A stretch of 63,937 nt of DNA, counting the filler, from Barthelona sp. PAP020 (lineage: Eukaryota): assembly GCA_040182905.1 (NCBI GenBank). It is 4 parts of 4 records of this genome, joined end to end, with 100 filler letters (N's around TTAATTAATTAA, not from the genome) between each part and the next. Parts side by side here need not be neighbours in the genome. Positions count along the whole stretch, not along the records: positions 16,971 to 33,825 come from JARQWU010000254.1; positions 33,926 to 50,563 come from JARQWU010000256.1; 2 more parts are not named here. One strand, 5' to 3'. This document shows, one piece after another, positions 30,282-38,602 of this stretch. Positions within the stretch are counted from its first letter, which is position 1; every line of letters begins with the position of its first letter. A program made the position numbers and the translations under genes. The notes under the pieces were generated by a model. It made no database searches. It had not been told where the DNA came from and saw only the letters and a list, made by a program, of their open reading frames with translations.

Positions 30282-32372
30282 TCATAAGTCTGAAGCAACA
30301 AATTCTTGAATTGGAACATTGGGATAATTGTGACCACCACACAACAACCGAGTTCCATCATGGTTGAGGGACATGACATGAATATAAAAAGGCACATCCA
30401 CTTTTTGCAGCACTTGACCTGTTTCTCTGTGAATCACAGCAAACGATCCATCACTAGAACCAGAATAGATCAATGAACCATCTTGAGAGAAGATGATTGA
30501 GCATATCCCATCATCATGAACCTTAAACCTTCTCAACAACTCTCTAGATTCAACATCAAATATTCTAATTGTACCACTGGTATCACCTGTCCCCCAATAA
30601 GCACCAGTGCTTGAGAATTTGCCTGATGTAACACCCTTTCCATTATGACTCCACGTATGAAGCTCTTCATACGTCTCCAATGAAAACAACTTTGAACATC
30701 CATCATTGCTGACAGATGCAAAGTACTTCATATTAGGACTGATATGCACAGATTCAACAGCACGTTTATGTGCTTGAGTCTTATACAACTTCTGTCCTTC
30801 CACCGTGTATATGGCCATGTAACCGTCATCCAAACCAAAAGAAAGCAATTTGCCATCTGGTGAGAACCATACTCGCGTTATATATTCAGCTATATCAGTA
30901 ATAACTCTGACTGTTCTCCAAGTATCAACCTCGATGATATGAATTGTTGGACCATCACCACTAACAGCCAATAGCTTGGAGTTGGGACTGAAATTGAGAC
31001 CAACGGCCTTTACATACTCCCCTTCATGCACAATTTTATGTGTTTTAGCGTTGTAGACTCTGAGTAGTTTGCTGTTGAATCCTGCAACTGCAAAAAACCG
31101 TCTATCATCACTGTAATCAAGAGCAAAAACAAATTCATCCGGAAACTCCTCATGAAAGCAAGGTTCTTCTTCAAACATTTCAACTGCAAGAACAATTTCC
31201 TTTCTATTTTCAGCATTGTCCAATGGTTCAGTCAAGTTGTTTGTCAAATGATCGACTTCACTCGCTAATTCTTGTTTTTTATTCATCCACTCATCCTCAA
31301 TAGCTTTGAAATCCAGTTGCTTGTTTAATTCTTGTTCAATGCACAAAAGCTTCTCTTTTTCCCCGTTTAATTCATCAACCTTCTTTGTCAAACTATGAAC
31401 ACTCTCTTCATAATTCTTATTTTCCTCCTTCATCAACCTCTTCTCGTCAAATCCCAATCCCTCAAAACGCTCAATTAGCATCTGTAAATACTCGGTGATC
31501 TCACTAAACGTTGGCCTGGCAGATGCTTCAACAGCCAAACATCTCTTGATGATACCAAACCCAGGTATTGTATCCAATAATTCCTTGCCATACGGAAGTT
31601 GTCCCTTGATCAATTTTTTAGCAATTTGAAACTCACTCAATCCATCAAATGGAACAAACCCAGAAATGACCTGAGCCAACATAACACCAAAAGACCAAAC
31701 ATCAGCAGGCATTACATTAATAGCTTCTAATTCATCGACTAATTCAGGAGCCACGTATCTAATTGCGCCCATCATCGAATTGGCCGAACTCCTGTTTGCA
31801 TCACGAACAAGCCCAATATTGGCGATTGCAGGGCTATAAGCTCCATCTACTCCACGTCTCAATAACACATTATTTGGCTTAAGATCCCTGTGAATGACAC
31901 CTTTCCCATGACAAAACTCAAGCGCAGACGAAACCTGCATCATGATAACCAACTTCTCCTTTAAAGACAACTCTGGTATCATTTTCTCAAGATCAGCATC
32001 ACAATATTCCATCACAATACCTTTCTTTCCGTCAATCTCAGTAACTCCAAAGACTTGGCGAATGAATGAATGATTTAAAACCATGGAAAGACATTCTTTA
32101 GTAAGTTCATTATCAGCAATATTATCAATAGAGAATTTAATTACAACAAGCATTTCATGTCTCTTGGCAAGATGAAAGAAGTCAAAATCACCTATTTTGA
32201 AGTCTCTTTCTACTATTTCAAAGTCACTTCCGGGTATATTAACATCATTCGATTTCACAAAATTATCCAATTTGTCAAAGGCATCTTCATATGGTTCTTT
32301 AACAATCTTTCTGGGTTTCTTTGCACGTTGTTCTAATTCTTGTAATGCTTGGTTTTCCTCAAAGGTGAACAT
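30282..32372 (-). CDS. TKL-like (pseudo)kinase - coiled coil - WD40 protein
   Basis: First ATG MFTFEEN. HRDLKPNN, APE and DVWSFG are present, but DFG is replaced by NIG and there is no GxGxxG. C-terminal WD40 repeats. Confidence 0.88.
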   Translation of the reverse strand: MFTFEENQALQELEQRAKKPRKIVKEPYEDAFDKLDNFVKSNDVNIPGSDFEIVERDFKIGDFDFFHLAKRHEMLVVIKFSIDNIADNELTKECLSMVLNHSFIRQVFGVTEIDGKKGIVMEYCDADLEKMIPELSLKEKLVIMMQVSSALEFCHGKGVIHRDLKPNNVLLRRGVDGAYSPAIANIGLVRDANRSSANSMMGAIRYVAPELVDELEAINVMPADVWSFGVMLAQVISGFVPFDGLSEFQIAKKLIKGQLPYGKELLDTIPGFGIIKRCLAVEASARPTFSEITEYLQMLIERFEGLGFDEKRLMKEENKNYEESVHSLTKKVDELNGEKEKLLCIEQELNKQLDFKAIEDEWMNKKQELASEVDHLTNNLTEPLDNAENRKEIVLAVEMFEEEPCFHEEFPDEFVFALDYSDDRRFFAVAGFNSKLLRVYNAKTHKIVHEGEYVKAVGLNFSPNSKLLAVSGDGPTIHIIEVDTWRTVRVITDIAEYITRVWFSPDGKLLSFGLDDGYMAIYTVEGQKLYKTQAHKRAVESVHISPNMKYFASVSNDGCSKLFSLETYEELHTWSHNGKGVTSGKFSSTGAYWGTGDTSGTIRIFDVESRELLRRFKVHDDGICSIIFSQDGSLIYSGSSDGSFAVIHRETGQVLQKVDVPFYIHVMSLNHDGTRLLCGGHNYPNVPIQEFVASDL

Positions 32373-33060
32373 GGATAAAAAAAAAAAGATGAGGAAAAGT
32401 TGTCTTATATTTTGTTCAACTTCTTTTTTAGCTTTCTCCAAGAATTCAATTTATTGTCCCATTCAATAAAGTAGTATTATTATCTGTTCAATATTTGTCA
32501 TTTGTCTGAAAAGAACAATTTCGAGAAATTTTGGTTTTTGATTTCCAAAAGTTACGTTTTCAAAAACCGTTGAATTTATAAACACAAACGCCACTTAAGA
32601 TGTTTTGAGGACTTTTTCCTTTGACAAATATGTCTTTATGTGAAGAAACTTGAAATGCCTCACTTCAGCAGGAGTCCATGTCAAAACACAACAAACATAG
32701 TTATTCTTAATTGAATAGATTGGATGAGTAACAACAACCATTTCTTTCACTGTAAATAGATAATATAGTTGTTTCACAACAACAGCAACAAGCTTTGAAG
32801 CTCTGTGCGTATGAGTGAATAAAAAAGAATAGTGTTTATTTGGTTAAAGGCTTTCGAGGCCCGATTGATCTCTTGAAAAACTTTAGATTTTCTGAGGTAA
32901 AGTTTAAACTTTAAAATTTTGCTTTTGCAAAAATTCAAAAAAATAGGAATGGAAAATTTTTCCAAAATTTTCATACTTGATGAGCAAGATTCAATTAAAT
33001 TTCAGCCCCTCACTTTCTGTGGCTGAGATTTAATAAAATGAGTTTTCTCTGATTACTTCT

Positions 33061-33122
33061 TCTTTATAAATAATGTGGAAGTTCATTCTCAATGAACTTC
33101 CACATTATTGGAGATATAAAGA
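33061..33122. repeat. Perfect 19-bp hairpin/palindrome with 8-bp outer stem
   Basis: AATAATGTGGAAGTTCATT-CTC-AATGAACTTCCACATTATT (33069-33109), flanked by TCTTTATA/TATAAAGA. Confidence 0.9.
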
Positions 33123-33328
33123 GGTCATCAAATATCACTTCCTTATTTGTTGTTTCTTGACCACCTCTAGGTCGAATTTTTTAAGTTACTTGGGCATCTG
33201 AATCCAAATGAGTTTTTCCCCAACCTTAAGCTAACTCGTTTCGTTGTTCACTGAACAACTCATATCTCATAAATATCTAATAAAATAGTTGTTTCACAAC
33301 TTGACCAATATTCACTTTTTTCTTTAAG

Positions 33329-33395
33329 TTTAGTCAGGTGGTGAAACAACCATATTTATTTTTAAAGAAAACAAACTTAAAGAATTCATTCTAGC
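33329..33395 (+). repeat. Second, degenerate left end of the same TIR element family
   Basis: TTTAGTCAGGTGGTGAAACAACCATATTTATTTTTAAAGAAAACAAACTTAAAGAATTCATTCTAG aligns with 29849 ATTGGTCCAGTTGTGAAACAGCTTTTTTATTTGCAAAGAAAGGTTAAACATTGTAGAATCCTTTCAAG. Confidence 0.6.
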
Positions 33396-33480
33396 AAATT
33401 TCAAAGAAATTCTTTATTTTTTTATTAGTTTGAATTTTTGTTAAAACTTCCAGACATTTTATAATATGTTGAATGTATTG

Positions 33481-33553
33481 GGGCTAATGGCTCAGTTGGT
33501 AGAGTGCCTGCTTTGCACGCAGGAGGCCCCGGGTTCGATTCCCGGTTAGTCCA
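33481..33553 (+). tRNA. trnA-UGC: tRNA-Ala (anticodon TGC)
   Basis: Acceptor GGGCTAA/TTAGTCC with G3:U70, D arm GCTC-AGTTGGTA-GAGT, anticodon arm CCTGC-TTTGCAC-GCAGG, T loop TTCGATT, followed by TTTT. Confidence 0.97.
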
Positions 33554-33825
33554 CTTTTAATTTCTTTAAAAACTAACAGAGGATCGAGTCTCCAGTTTTC
33601 ATAACTTTGATGATTTCACGTTAGGTACAAGAAAAGGTATAGGAAAGCTTTTATATACGGTGTGTTATTGAAATGAGTAGTTGGGAAAGCCTTGAATTTG
33701 AATACTGGCTGTTTGAAATGACTTAGTTCTGATTGAAAGATTGGACGATATTGAATCCCAAAATCTCAGAACCTAAGTCATAACAAACCATATATGAGAA
33801 TCCTCAATCATCTCACATACACCCA

Positions 33826-33925
33826 NNNNNNNNNNNNNNNNNNNNNNNNNNNNNNNNNNNNNNNNNNNNTTAATTAATTAANNNNNNNNNNNNNNNNNNN
33901 NNNNNNNNNNNNNNNNNNNNNNNNN
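33826..33925. other. Artificial 100-nt contig linker
   Basis: N44-TTAATTAATTAA-N44. Confidence 0.95.
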
Positions 33926-34243
33926 CATTTCGACATAAATTATAGAGATGGGATTTTTCTTGAAGCAATTAATTGCAAACAAAAAAACTAAAATCTCAAA
34001 TCTCAAAAAAAATTCAACCAAAAGAATATGCTTGTTCTCACTTTTCATGACAAATTAGAGTTTTTTATTAATTTTAACATTAGAAGCTACAGTTTAGTTT
34101 GATAAATTATGAGAAAACCTGAATTTAAAAACAAAAATTTTTTGGCTGGTTTCAAATCCTGTTAAGCATTAAAATATATGAATTGTGCAAAAAATAATAA
34201 GAATTGAGTAAATTTATATATAAAACAAAAATATGATTCATGA

Positions 34244-35713
34244 CTATCGTTCCCATTCAACACGATTTTGTGGATAAGGATATTTTTGTGAAGCCTTACA
34301 AGAATCGCAACCCGCAATAACTCTATGTTTAAATTTGTGGTCAACTCTCCATTGATTAGGCGGTAACTCATTCCAAGCTTTCGATCTGGAAAATCTTGGG
34401 AAAGAAGTGTCTCTTACAGGACCGAATTTCTCAACAACATAAGGACAGAAACCTCTCTGTGTGTGTACTTTTGCATTGTTTCTGTGTAATGTTTGTAATC
34501 TAGAAGGTATTGAAGAAACAGATTGACCAGATACATATCTGCCATCTGTTTCCTTACCATGCCAGACATGCCATTGTGGAATGTCATCAATCCTTTCTGT
34601 CTCAGTGGCTCTTACACGCCACATATAATCTAAATCTTCACAATAAGCAATATAAATATTTTCATCAAAAGTTCCTACCTTTAAGTATGCAGCAACAGTA
34701 ATACCAAATGCTGAAAAGAAAGGAATGCCAGCAGGATCCATTTTAGCATCAAAAACAAATGCATCAAAAGTGCCATCTGGTTTTCTTTTGTTTTCCATAT
34801 ATTTAGCAATACCGGCCAAACTTCCTGGATAATGCTTAATATCATCACCTATGATCAAAACATAATTTTTAAGAGAGGGTTCAACCTGTTGATAGATAGT
34901 ATTCCAGGCATGGGACACACCTCTGTTCTCAGCGGAATGAATAACCATCACTAAATCACCAAGGCGCTTTTTTATTCTATATATGGCACTCTCCATATCA
35001 TTGACATTTTCAGTCCAATAAATAACCAATTTTTGAATGGGATAATCAAGAGTATATAAAGCACGTTCTAAAAAGAAAGGGTTGAAAATAGTAGGGAACC
35101 CAAAAGCAGGAATTGGTGGCTTATCAGGATTTTTGGAAGGATCCAACAAATCAGCAAGATTTTCAGGTGCTGTAAATGTGGTTGTTGTTTTACAATTCTC
35201 AAAAAGTCGATACTTAGGGCATAATAACATATGTTCAGCCTTTACAACTGGATTTATATCGTCAGGGCAAGATTCATCATGATAGTCATCTGGAATGATA
35301 TCATAATAGATAATAAATTTATCCTCACCAGGTTCACCAGGATCAGGACATCCAGCCGGAACAAATAAATCACCATAATATTGTCCTTTTCTTAAAGGCC
35401 AATATTCATCAAAGATCTCAGATCTAACTTCTTTTTGTTCCTTATTATTGTCTTTTTCTTCATCCGATTTGGTTGGTACAGAATCAATTTCAGTGTCTTT
35501 TGAAGTTTCTGGATATAAAGGTTGATCAGGTGTTGAAGGCACAGATTGTTTGTCTTCTGATGATGATTTTGATGATGTTTCACATGATTTACTTTCCATA
35601 AATAAAGAACTAAAACCTCCCATATTTTCATTTAGAATCAAACATAATAATGTGAATATAACAGCTATAATAATCAAATAACATAATCCTTGTGATTTTT
35701 TTAGTATTTTCAT
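34244..35713 (-). CDS. Type II membrane glycosyltransferase, GT-A fold (GT2-like)
   Basis: N-terminal signal anchor and stem; ENRGVSHAWN, IIGDD, VGTFDENIYIAYCEDLDY. Confidence 0.8.
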   Translation of the reverse strand: MKILKKSQGLCYLIIIAVIFTLLCLILNENMGGFSSLFMESKSCETSSKSSSEDKQSVPSTPDQPLYPETSKDTEIDSVPTKSDEEKDNNKEQKEVRSEIFDEYWPLRKGQYYGDLFVPAGCPDPGEPGEDKFIIYYDIIPDDYHDESCPDDINPVVKAEHMLLCPKYRLFENCKTTTTFTAPENLADLLDPSKNPDKPPIPAFGFPTIFNPFFLERALYTLDYPIQKLVIYWTENVNDMESAIYRIKKRLGDLVMVIHSAENRGVSHAWNTIYQQVEPSLKNYVLIIGDDIKHYPGSLAGIAKYMENKRKPDGTFDAFVFDAKMDPAGIPFFSAFGITVAAYLKVGTFDENIYIAYCEDLDYMWRVRATETERIDDIPQWHVWHGKETDGRYVSGQSVSSIPSRLQTLHRNNAKVHTQRGFCPYVVEKFGPVRDTSFPRFSRSKAWNELPPNQWRVDHKFKHRVIAGCDSCKASQKYPYPQNRVEWER

Positions 35714-35799
35714 GGACTAAATTTGTTGAATCACAACAAAAAAAATAGAATTTTTTTTTTACAAACAATTGATTTTTGAAGTTGTTTACAATTTATAAC

Positions 35800-37341
35800 A
35801 TGCGATCTATAAATTGTAAAGAATTTTCTCCTTCTTTTATTTCGATGTATAAAGAGGGATTGGAAATATTGGATAGTATTTTTCAAGATTATGGTGTTAA
35901 AACACCAAAATGCAATAATTATTTGGATATTTGTAATTGTAATAAATTTTATTGTCCATTTAATCAAACATTACAAGTATATTTAAATCAAATGAAACCC
36001 ACCACATGTTTTTTTGAGCCGGGTTTCTTTGCTGATGCAGTATTACATCGTTTAATTATAATAGCAAAGGAAATTTTTGAAAAAATATTGAAAATTGAGT
36101 ATATTTCTACTATTGACATCTTAGAGGCTTTTTCGTCCGTTGTGAATGAGTTGGCACCCCCATCACATCCCTCTTTAGAACCTCTATATATATTGTTATT
36201 AAAATTCTTGGACCAGAGAGGTAGTTGCGAATTAGCTTTAATCAACTTCCTATTTGGTGATGAAAATGGAAAAAACGATTTCAACCAGGATAACTTTTTG
36301 GCTAGACACACAGATTGCTCAAAAAAAAGTGCATTGTCAAATAGTGGTGAGTTATCAAGTATTCTCACGTTATTTAACGACGAATTCAATGAAAATAATG
36401 ACTTTTGTGAGTTAAGACAAGCTTATTCGTTACATGACACCAATAAAATTGCTTCAGTATCCATACGAGACTTGTTATTGACACAGGTCAACATGAAAGA
36501 CACGGGAAATAGTATGGGATCCAACATGTTCAAAACATATCGAAATTTGCTTGCAGACAAGTTAATCAAAGGAACGAATATTGAGGAAGAGCGTACACTT
36601 CTCCAGAAACTGTTCACAGATTTAAAAAAAGAAATTCCTGGGATTTATGTAATGCTTAGAGATGCTACACAATCTTGTGATTTAAGAGAGTCAGACGATA
36701 CAAAAATTTTAGTTATCTCAAGAGCTTGTTGGCCCGCAATAGTCGAAATTGATGCCCCTATCAATTCTAAAATGAAAGGAGTGTTAGAAGAAGCCGCCTT
36801 AAGTTATGAGACTTCACACCCAGATCGTCATGTAAAGTGGTTATATTCTAAATGCTCTATCGATTTGGAGATTGAATTAGCTACAGGTGTTAGCATTGAA
36901 TTTAGCACATCTTTAATTGGATTGTGGTTGTTAGAGTTATTTCAAGATGGTGATAGATATAGTCTTTTGGACATTTGCACAATGTCTGGTTTGGATAAAA
37001 GAATTTTAATGAAGGAATTGAATAGTTTGGGTATACTGGGCATATTATCTCGTGATGAAGAAGTTTTTTATGAAAGAATGGATGATTCCCCTTTCTTACC
37101 ACTGGTTGAACAACTGCAAGTCATTCAAGAAAATTTAGATGTTCAAAAAGCCTTTAAAACAGTTTTAAAACTATTGAAAAGTTTCAAAAGAGGTATGTCT
37201 GTGGCTCAAATTTATTCAATGGTTAAGATAGGCACCCCTAACGCTTTTTCAAGTCCAATAGATTTAACTGAGTATTTAAATTCAAAGGTGTTGTCCGGTG
37301 AAATAATTTTAAAGGGAAATCTATATGGTTTGCCTGAATGA
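35800..37341 (+). CDS. ANAPC2: Anaphase-promoting complex subunit 2 (cullin-like), shortened
   Basis: YRNLLADKL, VMLRD, ISRACWP, RHVKWL cullin-homology motifs; C-terminal winged-helix-like IYSMVK..LTEYL. Confidence 0.75.
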   Translation: MRSINCKEFSPSFISMYKEGLEILDSIFQDYGVKTPKCNNYLDICNCNKFYCPFNQTLQVYLNQMKPTTCFFEPGFFADAVLHRLIIIAKEIFEKILKIEYISTIDILEAFSSVVNELAPPSHPSLEPLYILLLKFLDQRGSCELALINFLFGDENGKNDFNQDNFLARHTDCSKKSALSNSGELSSILTLFNDEFNENNDFCELRQAYSLHDTNKIASVSIRDLLLTQVNMKDTGNSMGSNMFKTYRNLLADKLIKGTNIEEERTLLQKLFTDLKKEIPGIYVMLRDATQSCDLRESDDTKILVISRACWPAIVEIDAPINSKMKGVLEEAALSYETSHPDRHVKWLYSKCSIDLEIELATGVSIEFSTSLIGLWLLELFQDGDRYSLLDICTMSGLDKRILMKELNSLGILGILSRDEEVFYERMDDSPFLPLVEQLQVIQENLDVQKAFKTVLKLLKSFKRGMSVAQIYSMVKIGTPNAFSSPIDLTEYLNSKVLSGEIILKGNLYGLPE

Positions 37342-37553
37342 TGATGTAAAAAATAAAAATTAAAAAAATAAAAATTTTTTTTCAAGAACTGATTGCCGAA
37401 TATCCCAAAATTTTCACTCGCAAAAGATTTCTAACTATCTTATACGCCAACTTAATGAGTTAAAATAAAAATAAAACTATACAAAAAACAATACAATTTA
37501 TCAGATTTTCGTATTAATTAAAGATAAAACTAAACATAAATAAATAATAATAC

Positions 37554-37932
37554 TCAACAAAACAATCCAAAAACAGTAACTACAACACGCATACTATCAT
37601 TTTCGTATCTATGAACACAGGGAGCATCAGAAGTACTGTCCCAGTAGCAACTACAAGCTGTATGTAATCCAGTTCCTGTTTTTTGCATAATAGTGGCTGT
37701 TACAACATATTTGAAAGGTTTGTTTAAAAATGTTAATCTTTTTAAAACAGTCTCACAAAGATCAGAAGTATATTGAGATACTTTAGAACTAGAATAGACA
37801 GCTTCAGCTAAAACAGCTTCACAAGACTAGTGTTAGATTTCAATTTCATTTTCAATAAAATACCTCTGAAATGATAGCTTTCACATCTTCTTGGATAAAA
37901 TGTGCTTCCTCCGTATTATGAAGATCATCCAT
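37554..37932 (-). CDS. DYNLT1: Dynein light chain Tctex-1, 113 aa, two exons (37864-37932, 37554-37826)
   Basis: Manual spliced translation MDDLHNTEEAHFIQEDVKAIISE/SCEAVL...KPFKYVVTATIMQKTGTGLHTACSCYWDSTSD...VVVTVFGLFC*. Absent from the ORF track. Confidence 0.95.
37827..37863 (-). other. 37-nt spliceosomal intron in Tctex-1
   Basis: GTATTT...CTAACACTAG; removal restores the frame (phase 0). Confidence 0.92.
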
Positions 37933-38218
37933 TTGCAATTAACCACAGAAAAAAATTGAATAATATAATATTTATTGATTTTCTTTACTCTCTATTTCAA
38001 ATAAGCTATCTGTGAATGTTTATAATATTCAAATTTGAATATTGAAGACTTGAAATCTTTAGTAACTTTCAAATTAAAAAAATAAAACTAAATTTACACT
38101 AAAAATATAAGAATCATACTCAAAACATTACATTTTAAGCAAAGGTCAAACAAAAGACGCCAAGAAACGTAAAAAATGTTAAACAGCAATAAATATCAAA
38201 AAATTCTTTCAATTACAA

Positions 38219-38515
38219 TCAAACTGAATTAATTTTTACAATATAAGTGTGGTTCTGAATGACTGACAAAAAATCTCCATCTGCTAATTTGGTTTTTTTG
38301 TTTTTGAGCAGTTCTTTATTATTAATATAACTCATATTGTTTCCTTTTCGCTCAATAAATATGTTATCATTAGAATCTTTTGTTAATTTCAATTGAGTTC
38401 TTGAAATCAATTTTGAAGTGCCAAAAAGATCACATCTTCCAATAAAAGAGTCGAAATCAAAAATTCTTATCGTATTTCCAATGATGTCATGGGGTTCAAG
38501 GTCAATATAAGTCAT
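38219..38515 (-). CDS. Stand-alone FHA-domain protein (PNKP/aprataxin-type)
   Basis: IGR...ISRTQ...GNNMSYIN...LADGD. Confidence 0.75.
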   Translation of the reverse strand: MTYIDLEPHDIIGNTIRIFDFDSFIGRCDLFGTSKLISRTQLKLTKDSNDNIFIERKGNNMSYINNKELLKNKKTKLADGDFLSVIQNHTYIVKINSV

Positions 38516-38602
38516 TATTAAACAATTGATGATTTATTGGTTTCAATTCTTTTTTTTTTTTGGATTTTATTCTAAAATTCTATTTTATTGTAATAATTAA
38601 CA

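Larger units (their letters stand above)
29848..33310. mobile_element. Non-autonomous TIR DNA-transposon-like element carrying a pseudokinase-WD40 gene
   Basis: 29848-29879 TATTGGTCCAGTTGTGAAACAGCTTTTTTATT versus reverse complement of 33279-33310 TATTGGTCAAGTTGTGAAACAACTATTTTATT: 29/32 identical. The outermost TA on both sides is compatible with a TA target duplication. No transposase seen inside. Confidence 0.65.
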
